This document shows, piece after piece, positions 41,101 to 54,707 of a stretch of 64,000 bases of DNA. Position 1 is the first letter of the stretch, and each line of letters begins with the position of its first letter. The notes beneath the pieces were generated by a model. It saw nothing but the letters and a program-made list of their open reading frames with translations. It ran no database searches and was not told the origin of the DNA. The stretch comes from the human T2T-CHM13v2.0 reference genome, Homo sapiens: NCBI RefSeq assembly GCF_009914755.1, contig NC_060930.1. One strand, 5' to 3'. The translations under genes and the position numbers were made by a program.

Positions 41101-43310
41101 TGATAAGAGGGAAAGTCTCAAAGATCACAGAAATGCCTTCAGAATCATTTTCCATTATCTTGATGAATAACACCTGTCTTTCTTCTAGCCATACTGATCT
41201 CCTTATCAAATGTGTACTTGGCCATACCCTTGGATTTCTTTCCTAAAAAAGGTCTTTTATTCTGTACCATATGGTCAAGGCTGAAACTCCTTTAAATCCC
41301 TAAGTGTGTTTCCCTTTAAATCATTTTATTTAAATCTAGTTTTGTCTTTAAATAATTTATTTCTTCTTGGATTTTACTGTATGAAGTTAAAAGAAGCCAC
41401 ACAACTCCTGTAATATTTTGCTTAGAAATTTCTTCTGCCAGATATCCTGGATCATCACTCTTAAATTCCATCTTCCATAAAGCCCTGGGGCATGGATACA
41501 ATTCAGCAAAGTTCTCTGCCACTTTATATCAAGGATGGCCTTTACTCCAATTTCCAAAAAGATGTTTCCCATCTCCATCTGAGACCTCATCAGAATGGCC
41601 TCTACTGCCCATATTTCTACCAGCATTCCTATCATAACCACTTAAGTAATCTATATGAAGTTTCAGACTTTCCCTGTAGCTCTCCTTCTTCTGAGTTTTC
41701 ACCAGAATCGTCTGTAATCCTCCATTTATAGCAATACAAGCTTTTTCTAGCATTCATTTCAAAACTGTTTCAGCCTCTACTCATTACCTAGCTCTCAATC
41801 GTTTCCACATTTTCGGGTATTCGTTATAGTACCACTCAATTCCTCTGGTACCAGTTTTCTATCTTAGTTTGTTTTGGGCTACTATGACAAAACACCCCAG
41901 ACTGGGTAATTTACAATAAACAAGAATTTATTTTCTCACAATTCTGGAGGCTGGGCACTCTAAAATCAAGGGGCCGGCATCCATCAAAGTCCTTCTTGTT
42001 GTGTTATAATATGGCAGAAGGCATCACCAGGTAGAAGGGCACAGAGAGTGCAAGAGAGGAAGTGAAAAAAAGGCCAGTCTCACCCTTTTATAACAAACCC
42101 ACTTGCATGATAATGAAGCCCCACACACTCCAGTCATAGCAGCATTAGTCCATTGGTGAGCATGGAGTCCTCATGACCTAATCATGTCTCATTAGGCTTC
42201 ACTTCCCAACACTATTGCTTTGGGGGATGTTTCCTACACACAATTTTGGGGGATACATTCAAACTACAGCAAAATCTAGCAAAATATGTACAAGATCTAT
42301 ATGAGGAAAATTGCAAACTTCTTTTAAAAGGAATCAAATAAATAATCGTGTGAAATTCAATGTTTATGGATAGAAAGACTCAAGATTTTCAAGATTTCAG
42401 TTAATCCCAGCTTGATCGATAGATTCATCACAATCCAGCAAGTAATTTTATGGATGTTGGCAAACTGATTCTAAAGTATATAGAGAGAGGTGAAAGACCC
42501 AGAATAGACGAAACTATATTGAAGGAAAACGATAAAATTTGAGGACCAATAACACCTAACCTCAAGAGTTAATATAAAGTTACAGTAATTAAAACAGTGT
42601 GGTATTGGCAAAAGAAGAGACAAATAGATCAATGGAACAGAATAGAGAACCTAGAAGTCCACCCACACAAATATAGTCAACTGTTTTTTGCAAGAGAGGA
42701 AAGGCAATGCAAAGGGGAAGACAGTCCTTTCAATAAATGGTGCTGGAATAATTGCACATCCACATGCAAAAAAAAAAAAAAAAAAAAATCTAGACACAAA
42801 CCTTGTGTCCTTGACAAAAATTAACTCAAAATGGGTCAAAGACCTAAATGTAAAATGCAAAACTGTAAAACTCCTAGAAAATGACACAGGAGAAAATCTA
42901 GATGAACTTGGATTTGGCAATGACTTTTAAAATATGACACCAAAGGCATGATCCATGAAAAAAAGCATTAACAAGCTGTCCTTAGTTAAAATTTAAAAAC
43001 TTCTTTCTGAAAGTATTATCAAAAGAATGAAAAGACAAGCCATAGACTGGTAGAAAATATTGCAAAAGACATATATGATAAAAGACTACCAGGTATGGTA
43101 TTTTAATCTATATTTTAACAATATAATTTTTATCTTTTTGAGTCTGAAATAGGCAAAGAACTCTTAAAACTCAATGATGAAAAGCAAACAACCCAATTTA
43201 AAAATGAGCCAAAGATCTTAGCAGACATCTCACTGTAGAAGATAAACAGATGGCAAATAAGTATATGAAAATAGTCTCAACATCGTATGTCATCAGGGAA
43301 ATGCAAATTT
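38150..43310 (+). mobile_element. Old L1M (L1MB/MC-like) ORF2 fragment split by a MaLR provirus
   Basis: ORF2 relics (ttcactggtggattctaccaaac, ccaatatccctcatgaac, gtgtggtattggca). Sequence before 39756 (ggtatcaatt) continues after 42271 (aaatctagcaaaatatgtacaagatc). Confidence 0.9.
39756..42271 (-). mobile_element. Complete MaLR provirus (MST, MSTC/D-like): LTR-internal-LTR
   Basis: LTRs at 39756-40098 and 41860-42271 (tgtctt/tatctt...aaaccatagca/aaactacagca). Internal region starts gaaaactggtacc on the minus strand. ORF relics GNWSKGHP and GYLAEEISKQ are typical of MaLR internal ORFs. Degenerate 5-bp TSD caatt/aaatc. Confidence 0.92.
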
Positions 43311-43860
43311 TGTAATATTCATACAACCAAATTTTAGAGAAAATTATACAGAATGGTGAGGAATAGAAAGGGAATATTTCTAAAAATGTTACTTCATACA
43401 TTTCATACTAGAAATAGGAGATAATACTTAAATGATAAATGAATAATGTCAACATGAGCATGATATTTACAAAACAAAAGTAAATACTTAAAGAAACAGT
43501 TATAAAAAATGAAAGTGGTTGCCTTTCAATAGGGTACTATGAAATGGAAAGAACCGTGGACAAGAAATGCTATTTTTGGCTACAGCTTTATGGTAAATGT
43601 AATTATTTAAAATATATGTAGTTAATTGACTTTCTAAGTAATAAATAATATAGAAAGCATATAAATAAATGTATGAAGTAATAAAATATTTTACTTGTCA
43701 TCCAGACAATAGGTTCAAATGACCTTTAGAAATCTCAAACGTAAGTTAAAAGAGAAAATACCAAAAAAGTAAATAAATTTAACAAAAGAGAAAACTTAGA
43801 ACTGACCCTCTGGAGAAATGAAAAATAAAATAAAAAAGAGAGAGAGAAATTAGAGTTTGG

Positions 43861-44306
43861 TGTTACCATTTGGATTATGCCTGCTCCCCTAAACTTATGT
43901 TTATGGCCTAACCCCCAGTACCTCAGAATGTGACTTCATGTGGAAAAAGGATCATTTCAGATGTGACTACTTAATGAGGTCATTAGAGTGGGCTCTAGGC
44001 CAATACAACTGGAGGCCTTATATTTTAAAAACAGCAATTTGGATACAGCTTGGCACCCGGGGAAGTTGCTATGTGGAATGAAGGCAGAGATTAGGGTGAT
44101 GGTTCTACAAGCCACAGAATGCCAAATATTACCAGCACACCATCAGAGGCATGCAATGGATCCTTCTTCACAGAAAGCCCCTTGAAAGAACCTTACTTAC
44201 ACCAGGATCTTAGAATTTTGGCCTCTAGAACTGTGAGAAAATAAGTTTCTTCTTAAGCCACCCTATTTGTGGTACTTTGTTATGGCAGCCCTAGCAAACT
44301 AATATA
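43861..44306 (+). mobile_element. MLT1B/C-like solo LTR
   Basis: ctaacccccagtacctcagaatgtgac...ctagaactgtgag...tttgttatggcagccctagcaaactaata. Confidence 0.88.
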
Positions 44307-44850
44307 GTTACTGTATTAGAAAGAGGAGCTAAAGATGGCTCAGATGTCTGTTAAATCCAGCATAATTCGCTGCCAGTATTCTTGAAATTATGGAAGAAAA
44401 ATCAATTAACGATACCATCCAATATATTATAAATATTTTATATGAAATATTTATATAATTGTTAATTCCTCTTAAGAAATTAGTATTAGGAAAGAAGAGA
44501 TTGTCTTTCTTGGGGCCATGGTATTCTTCATTCTTTTAGATGATGATAGCTGTGTTCCCATTGTGTCTCCATTATTACCAACAAGTCAGTTCTGAATTGA
44601 GTATCCAAGTGAGGCACTTACTCATGTCTTGGTTTCCTGGCTCACTAGCTATCATCTCCATTTTTTTGGTTCTTATTTTTTACCCTTGTTTTAATGGTAT
44701 ATGTTTGCTTTATTATGACAAGACTCTTTTTTTTGGCAGTAGTTAGGATATAAATAATTAGTAAATAAATGATCACTTCTGATTACCATAGCTCTAGTGG
44801 CCAACAAACTCAACTAACATCAATGCTTTTTAAAAACTTGTCTCTGCAGC

Positions 44851-44959
44851 TATGGTGACTAACTGTCCTGGTGTGCTTGGGACTAAGGGGCTTCCAAGGA
44901 CAAGGGACTTTCATTGCAAAATTCATGACAGTCCCGGGCATAATGGGATAGTTACCTAT
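44851..44959. mobile_element. MER94 (hAT-Blackjack MITE)
   Basis: ggtgactaactgtcctgg...gggactaagggg...gggactttca...gacagtcccgggca. Confidence 0.75.
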
Positions 44960-45857
44960 CTGAACCACTTCTGTGTCTAACAGCTCACAAGCATGTTTTC
45001 ACTGTCACTGCTTTGGGCTCTGGTCCCTGTTTGCAATTATGATTACCCCTAATAAACTCATACATAGTTGAGTTGATTATTGAATCATCTTGCTTTGTAT
45101 GATAAATTTTGCTTCAACCAATGAGAAGCAATAATGCAAATAACCAAGTTCTAAGTCTCAGAAAATCCTCCTTACCATTGTTTCAAATGGAAACTTGTGG
45201 TTGGTCTTGACTTCCTGTGAGAGAGGGAGGTTTACCGAGACCTTGAGCTATGGATATTAGATATCACCAGGGATTAGGGAACTGGATTGTGTTCTTGCTG
45301 GGCTGTCCAAGCCTGGCTGCCCTCATGGCTTAGTCTCTTGTTGGTTGCCCTTTTGAATGGTTTTCTCTTTTCTCTTAGGCCCTGGGGATTTATCCAGTTT
45401 GCTTTGGTAACCAAACATTAAATGATCATGATTTTGAGAAAAATAACATAAAAAACATTCCTTTCTCATGATTTCCCCCACAGGGCTCCCCATGGACCTG
45501 ATTCTTCTGCTACCATTGGATAAAATAAATAGCAGGTCTCCTACTTTTGTGGTTACTTCCAGATAATAACAAGTTATCCAAAGTCACTATAGTTTCCAAA
45601 GAAGTCTGTGTTCAGAAATTAATGTCTGACATTATAATAAAAAATCCAAATTGTATTCAAAATTAAACTTCTTCCTTCCTGTAGGGAAAGTTGTATGCTT
45701 TGTGTTTCACTTCGATCTTTACTAACTAACCCCATCCCTATCTCACAACTATTATCTGAGATCTCAGACCCCACCATGCTTGGAGTATAGCAATGGAGAG
45801 GAGATAAGGGAGCAGGAGAGATATCTAGGCTAACAGAATTTGGTGGCTAATGAGATT

Positions 45858-45881
45858 GAAAAGTGTCTCGAGACACTTTTC
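45858..45881. repeat. Perfect 24-bp palindrome
   Basis: gaaaagtgtctc|gagacacttttc equals its own reverse complement; all 12 pairs checked. Confidence 0.97.
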
Positions 45882-47490
45882 TGGGGTTTTCAGAGACCCT
45901 GCATTGCATTAAATATCTCATCTGTAGGTACATGATTTAGTTGGTGTCTCTTCCATACTTACTATATTTTAACACTCCCTCCCTCATGCCCTAAGAATAG
46001 GTGATGGTAAAGATTCAGCCATCACCCCCCTACCCACCAGTCTTCTTAGAAATCCTTGGAAGAAAACCCACGTTAGCTCTCTCTCATGACAGCCCACATC
46101 TGCTACCAAGGATCATTACTTTAGATCCATGATATGTAGCAGTGCACTTTCCTTTCTCATACTGCCTAATTTTTGTTTGACCACTTCTCAGGTAGCTCTA
46201 GCCACAGACTCTATTTTGAGATTTATCAGGCCTGAGTCAGACACTAGCTGCTGTGTTTCCTAGGTTCCAAAGATACTTTGAAGCTTTTCTCAACAGGCTT
46301 GCAAAAAAAAGAGATCACCCCCACCCCACCCAACCACCACCATGGAGATGATGACATTCATAGCACACCTTTTTCCAAAGAAGTTCTACTTGCAATCTCC
46401 AAATTCCCTGGCCATTTCAACTCAACCTTTCCATATGTTCAATGTGAGTGTGTGGCTCCACGTCACAAACGATGACTTAAGACGTTATCTGTACAGGGTC
46501 TGCCTAGTCCATCAGAACCTCACTTTGGAGTGAGTAGTTGGCACCTATTATCTTGTGGCCATAACTATCACTGAAACTGATAGAGTGCAATTTCCCATAA
46601 CTGACCTTTTTTTCTTAGAACTTATCTTCCTTCATGACTTGCTGAATAATAAAATGCTTTTGATGCATTTCCTTTAGCCGTTCTTTCCCTGGAAGACAAC
46701 ATTTGCCCATGTGCCATTGATAGCTCCAAGTTGGCATAGGTGATTGCAAGCTCTCTGAGTGCAAAATTCTACTTTTATTCCATTTACAGCTGGGTATCAC
46801 CTAACATGGTGAACTTCATCTAAATAGTTGATTTATTATCTCCACCCTACAAGAATTTGATAATAATATTTCCTAAAAAATATTTACTTCTTAATTCTTA
46901 AGAAACATTATGACCAATTTCACAAAAAGTGATAAGATTGAAGAGACACTGATTTGCCCAAATAACAGGAAGAGGGGGAAGCAAGTAATATTATGTTTTC
47001 TTAAGTAAGGGTCTTACAAATTCAAGCATTAGCCACAATATTATGTTAAATGTTGCAGAATTGAAGTATAGCTTTAAGATTTAAAATGTGTGAAAAGTAA
47101 ACATTTTGAGAGAAAAAAATAAAGCAGATTTAGAATAGCATGAACTTCACTTGATAAAAGTTTAAATCCTTCCCTTTGTAATGGGAAAGACCCTTGAAAG
47201 GTAAAGACTCTTCAGTGTTACAATGAATATAAATCATTAGTAATATAAATCACTAGGAATTTCTCCAATAAAATAATTTGATCTATATTATTATAGTCAG
47301 GAAAAACCTTCATAAGTAGGATGAATCCATAGATGCATAATTAATTTAGCTGTGTCCTCGCTTCCTGTAAAATACAGCATGGGGTAGGAAAAAAAAAACA
47401 AACAAACCCACATTTCCAAATGGGAAAGTCAAAGCAAGTCAGTCCCAAGTAAGCTGACTAACATTTATAAAGTAATTCTCATCCTTGTAA

Positions 47491-47796
<306 letters not shown>

Positions 47797-48855
47797 TAAA
47801 GTGTGGCCTTTTTGCTTTTTCCTCATTAATGCGACTTTTAACAGGAAATCCTCAGGTTAAACTAAACCATCCTCTGGACTTAGTGTGCTGATTTTCTTCG
47901 ACAATTAGTAAATACCCTTTGTTATCATCAGCATTTTACATAGGAAATCCAATCAGTCAAGATGTGATTACGTGACTTTTGGTAGACTTTTCCAAGGATT
48001 CTGAAGGGATGATCAGAGATTTTTTTCATAACGTTCTACAGTACTCAAAATTATAAGATTTCCATAAGTGTTTTCTCTTTTAGTGCTTCTTTTGGCTGTG
48101 CTGCTAGCCCTGGGATTTCTCTTTTTCATTTGCCCTATCTCCTTCTTCCTTCCTAGATTTCTCCCAGGCACCATCCATCACCTTTAATCTCCCACTTTTT
48201 TTCCAGAAAAAATCACATTTTCTATAGATTCTAATTCTAAGACATTCATGCCCCCATTTTTCATAGTACTGTAACAATAAAAAAAAAAAAAAACCTCCTT
48301 CTACCAGGAGGCAGTAGCACTTACAAATAACATATGTGTACAACATATGCCTATTTTATATAAAATACATGATTTAACATTGTATTACTATGACAAAGAG
48401 ATAAATTAAAACACCTCTTTCTCAAGAAGGCCAACTGCATAATATCATGAGATGTATAAAGTTAAGGCAACTTTATGACACATGAATCCATTTATTCATT
48501 ACAGATCTTAAATGCAGAACTGCATAGATTTTTCTTAGATTCTATGTGGATGTGCAATTGATGTGCATAGTATTAAAATTGTTAGCAACAAATGATGCAA
48601 GCAGAATCTGCTTTTTACCTCTTTAGTTAATTATTTTGGAAATGATATTGACTCACAGTTCTTGGATAACAATAAATAATAGTTTCTGGGTAGAGTGGCA
48701 TACAATTCAGAGAAACATAAAATTCTTCTGGAATTAAAAAAAAAAACTATGTGAGTGTGTCAGTGTTAGATGATATAACTAATATATCCTTGTTATATTT
48801 TTAATGGAATGTGTGTGCTTATGTGTGTGTGTGTGTGTTGTGATAGACTAAGGAA

Positions 48856-49196
48856 GCTAAGTATGCTATGTTAGTAAACACTTCCAAATTCTCTGTAAAT
48901 AAAAGTCATGAAGGTTTCTTCTTGTGTGTCAGCAGGAGGCTCCACTGATCACTGTCAGTAAGGAAACAAGGCTAGTTGAGTAGCCAGTATCTCCATCATC
49001 ATGGGTTACTGTGCCAGAAAGTAATAATAGCTGTGGAGGGTCTACATGGGCACACACATGCTTCTGCTTGGGAGGAAGGCTCATTGTTCACAGTTCATTG
49101 TGCGGAATTGGTCACACAGTCCCACCCAATCACAGAATGGACAGTAAAGAGGAAGGGCTGTTTATTTGGAAATCAGCATAAATGATGTCCAGAACA
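48856..49196 (-). mobile_element. Old MLT1 (I/L-like) LTR
   Basis: gaaggtttcttcttg...ttcacagttcattg...ggtcacacagtcccacccaatcac. Confidence 0.5.
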
Positions 49197-51129
49197 TTTG
49201 AATTATGTTCTTTGCTAAAACACTAAGTAATATCCCTTGAATATGTTCAACCATAGACACTCCTTCCAATTAACAAACTCTTCTGTAATAGTTTTAAATC
49301 TAAAAGTGCTTACTTTGCTTATCCTGAAGTAAAAATAAGTTAGACTTGACAGGATGGAAGTAGCCATTTCATTCTTTAAAATCCATTTAAATCAAGTAAT
49401 CATTATCACATGAGAAAAGTGAAATATTTCTGTGATTTGGGGTCAGATAAAATATCTTTATATATGTATTAAAAGGAGGTTTTAAACAAAATATTCCTTC
49501 TGTAGAACTGCCTATCTTTACTGTACCCACAAAATTTTGGAAAATTTCCACCTATGTTTTAAGGATGAAGTGAAGATACAGTTTATGTGCATGGATATTT
49601 ATATATGACTATTTATAGAGTTTTTTGAATTAGTTTATGTGTGTATGTGTGCGTAAAATAGATTCACAGATTTATTAAATGCCACATAAAATGCTGACAC
49701 ATAGGGAATGTGCTAAAAAAATACATTTGGACGTGGGGGCATATGTTGAAGTTGACATACATACCCAAAGAAAAGATAATTTTCCTTAAGTAGAAACCAT
49801 CTGTAACAGCAAGGTGGCTAGAGTGCAAAGAAGATGGATGGGTTATTGCTAAGAACAGATGTGACCAATATTTCATGCTACTGGCTCTTGTTTCTCCTGT
49901 CTGCATTCCCCCCAGTGGAGTGAAGGAATAGTTTGAGTAAACCATCCTAGGATGTGACATCTTCACCTCTACCTTTTCCACCTGTTCTTTCCAGGGGTGT
50001 ACTACTTTTGCAATGTTGACTGTGGAACACCAGAGTTAGCAATGGCACAGCCACGGCATTACTTGGAGAAATTTCAACACATTTTCTACTTTTGAGCTTG
50101 CTCTTATCTAGCCAGCTTTGGGTTGAATGTGTCTGCTATACAGAAAACTTAGCAAATTTGAACTCGAGTTTTATAATGCAAATCAAAAAGGCTTATCTTT
50201 AACAACTTGCTCTGCAAACAAAATTTCCTATCTTCATTCTGATCACTGATGTAATGATTAATTGATGAAATAGTGTCTTAAATCTCTGTCCCTCCCCTTT
50301 TGTGTTACCCAGATCATCTCCTTGACAATCAAATGTTCCATTAAATCAGTCTAGTGGAAAATTCCTCAGTGCTTGTCTCCTTCTGGCATCTAGAGAAGCA
50401 AAGGTGTCAGGACCTCTGACCTTGAGGCTGTCACAGTCAAATATACAGCAACGTTCCCCAAAGCACAAACGAGGTGCAAACAGGCACATTTGGGGGATGT
50501 GGTAGACAAAGAATATGGCTTATGCAGTTTAAGGCATAATCTTGGCTTCTTAGCTCCATGCAGTTTTGTAAAGTCAGCTGAACTCTCACTCTTCTCACTG
50601 TTTTCATCCAAGTCTTTGAAACTGCCCTCTCTTCCAGCATATCTGGCTTAGATCTGCTTTCATAAACTGCTGCTTTCTCAGCCACTGCTCTTGATTAACT
50701 CCAAATCTCTCCAGCTCTTTGTCTCCACCCTCATTCAGCCTTTCTTTCACAGATTCCTGAACCCTGGCAAGCCTGTCACCCTGTTGTTCGGTTTTCTGCC
50801 AATCAACTCCTGGCTGATTCTGAAATTAGCATTCACAAAGCCCACATTTGCATCACACATACATAAGATATCTCCAATCTACAGCCAAAGGAAGACAAGT
50901 ATAATATCCATATAATTGGGACGAGGGGCTATTAATCACACAGCTTCCAGCCGTGCAGAAAAGACTGCCAGAACACCATAATGATGAGCCAGGTGTGATA
51001 TTTCGAGCTTTCTCCTTCTCCAGCCATATTTTCTTCTGGTTAGCATCAGATAGCACATTCAAAAAGAATACAGATGTGCACAGATTTAATAAAACCAAAA
51101 ATTAAAAAAATCCACATTTTCAAAATAGA

Positions 51130-51400
51130 TAAAATAAATGTATGTGGGGAGAGCCAAGGAGGAGATCAATTGGGGAGATATTATTGTTCACGTTACAGAA
51201 AAATTAATCGGATCCTTTCAATGTGTGATTGGAACAGCATGGATTATAAAATATGTTCACATGAATTAAATCTTTTGATTGTGTAACAGTCCTCTGAGGG
51301 CAGCAGAATAGGTTAAAAGCTCTTCCTAAGATATTTTAGCTAATAAATAGGGACAATGAACATGCTGTCATAGCAAGGTTGGGAAATAGTCTTCAACCTG
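51130..51400 (-). mobile_element. L2 fragment
   Basis: ggagatcaattggggagatattattg resembles L2 in reverse; weak. Confidence 0.35.
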
Positions 51401-52464
51401 AATGCCAGCAGCAGCTGATGGATAATGGATTCCCGGAGTGTAAAAATTCAGGGTTCTTGAGCAGCAAAGGATGCCATGATTGATTAGCTATGTCTGCCAC
51501 AGGTGAGGGGAATGAAGAGGGATGTGCCTCACATTTATTATGCACATATTATACTTTACTTCCTGTGATAAAAACAATGAACAGGGAGTGTGTTTTACAA
51601 ACAAATGTGCAGAAAGAATAATTTATATATATATATATATGTAAGCTTTCTGTTTTCCCACAGCCATTAGTGTTGACTTAGAAACAGTGTACAAATGAGC
51701 AGGGAAGCCATGGATGACATTAGAAAAGGTTCTAATATCTGGTACCTGGTTCATAGCTAAAAATAGTTTAAAGTCAAGTTCTCCTTCGGTTATATCTATT
51801 CCCTATTCAGAAAACTCTCTACTTTGTAGAGTGCATGAAATGGTAAAAATTATTTTTCAACAGATTGAGGAAAAAAATGTAGATAAAATGCATACATTGG
51901 GGTCAGTAAAGTCACAGATGTGTTTAGTTATGTTGTTAATAATTTATGTTTGCCATTTGTCTGGCTAAGACTTACTGAGGATACCGTTAGTGAAGAAGTT
52001 TTCCAAACTTTGAAACTCTTTATCCAAGTGGACTTGAGGTTGTGTTGGGAATGGCACATGGGTGTTTCTTTGGATGTAGCTGATATGTATGTTGTATGCA
52101 TGGGAGTGGCCTTATTGTGCATGTTGCTGTTTGATGCCTCTTTTAATCTGGAAACATTCACAAAGATTTTATTTTTAAGATTTGAATTCTGACTTCCACG
52201 TCACCTAGAATATTGCCATTCACGTTTTACATGTTAAATCTAAGTTGTGAACTTGTGTAGTTTGAAAGGGATGAGTGGGAAGTGATATGAGCTGATACTA
52301 GCTACTCAGCAGTCAGAAGTGGTGTGGTTGCCATGGCCATGGGACTATCCTTTGTTACATTTATTTGAATTAAAAAATAAAACAGTATTTTAAAGGAAAA
52401 ATTAGTTTGATTTGAATTGATTCACAGTAGATAATGATTTCATCATTTAAAAGTTATAGATTTT

Positions 52465-52758
52465 GGCCAGGTGTGGTGGCTCACGCCTGTAATCCCAGCA
52501 GTTTGGGAGGCCGAGGCCACTGGATCACGAGGTCAGGAGTTCGAGACCAGCCTGATCAACATGGTGAAACCCATCTCTACTAAAAATACACACACAAAAA
52601 AATAGCCAGGTGTGGTGGTGCACACCTGTAATCCCCGCTACTCAGGAGGCTAAGGCAGGAGAATCGCTTGAAACTGGGAGGTGGAGGTTGCAGTGAGCCG
52701 AGATCATGCTACTGCACTCCAACCTGGGCTACAGAGCAAGACTCCATCTCAAAAAAAA
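52465..52758 (+). mobile_element. AluSg-like
   Basis: ggatcacgaggtcaggagttcgag. Degenerate TSD aaaagttatagatttt / aaaagttacatattat. Confidence 0.96.
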
Positions 52759-53310
52759 AAAAGTTACATATTATGCCATTTTTCAAAAACTAAATTAGCC
52801 AGATCTGCAGCTTCACAGTTTGACAAAAAATATACCCAAAACGCATGACTTCTTAAACAGATAGAAAATATTATTTCAAAAAACATATATTGAAATTAAA
52901 TAACATTTCAGTATTTCCCAAACTGTTATTATATACATCAGTTTGAACTAGGTGACTATAGGAGAAAGAAGTAGGAATATAATTAATAATTGTTTGTTAT
53001 GTCTTGGTAGTATTTTTGGTGTACTTCCCAGAAATTACTGTTGCAAATTGGGCAATTTTCAATTCTTTGCTTTCATTAAAATTGAAGGAAGACCTAATAG
53101 ATTTGTCAGTTGGTAGACTATCTGAAATAAATTTTGTTATAAATAATTATGTAAACTGTGGCATGCAAAAAGTTGCTGCCGTTGAGTGTCATCATTATAA
53201 TGAAAAGCCTTCAATGCTTCTCTATTTAGAGAACAAGATTTTTCAATGCTTAAACCTTAAGGAGAAAAAAAACCTAGAAATTGAATCGTCCTTAATTCTG
53301 TCTCATTCTA

Positions 53311-53627
<317 letters not shown>

Positions 53628-53870
53628 TCAAATAAAATTTTATTTTATACCTAGTAGTTTTAATCAATATTTATAATAATGTTGTTTTGATCAATTTTAT
53701 ATAACAATAATTGTGTTGATAAACAAGAATACATTTTCAACACAATGCCTTATGGACATGGGAAAAAATCAAATTTAAGCTTATACATATTTAACATATA
53801 TACAAATTTATACCTATACATAGATATTTTCTGCAAAGAAGTGTGATAGAATTATCAATATAAAAATTTC

Positions 53871-54193
<323 letters not shown>

Positions 54194-54403
54194 TCACAAA
54201 GAGAAGAAATTACATAAAATGTTTGATCTTTAAACAAGAATGTATACGTGTATCTTTAAATAAAAGAAGGTGAATTTCAAATCACAGTGGTATTCAAATT
54301 TCATTGGATTTATTTAAAAGAAAAATGTAGTAGGTCCCTTTAACATCTATTAGTATTGATAATGTGCCAAAATAAACAGACCTTTTGCAGCCAATTATTC
54401 TAG

Positions 54404-54707
54404 TCCATACTACCCAAAGAAATCTACAGATTCAATGCAATGTTTATTAAAAATCTGAATAGCATTTCTACAGAAATAGAAAAAAAAATCCTACAATTCA
54501 TATGGAACCACAAAACACCAGAATAATCAAAACAATCTTGTGAAAGAACAAAGCTAGAAGTATCACACTTCCTGATTTCAAAATATTAAAAAAGCTGCAG
54601 TAATTGAAACAGTATGGTATTGGCATAAAGACAAACATATAGACCAAAGGAACAGAATAGAGTCCAGAAATAAATCCACATGTAATGGTCAGCTGATCTT
54701 CAACAAG
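54404..54707 (+). mobile_element. L1M ORF2 C-terminal fragment
   Basis: aatctacagattcaatgcaat...ttcatatggaaccacaaaa...acagtatggtattggcataaa. Confidence 0.88.

Noticed and set aside
41316-41753. Domesticated gag-like gene in the MST internal region
   Set aside because: Only short broken frames of about 70-85 aa remain, as expected for a decayed MaLR.
44425-44460. AT-only hairpins (also about 1487-1510)
   Set aside because: Low-complexity AT sequence yields such symmetry trivially.
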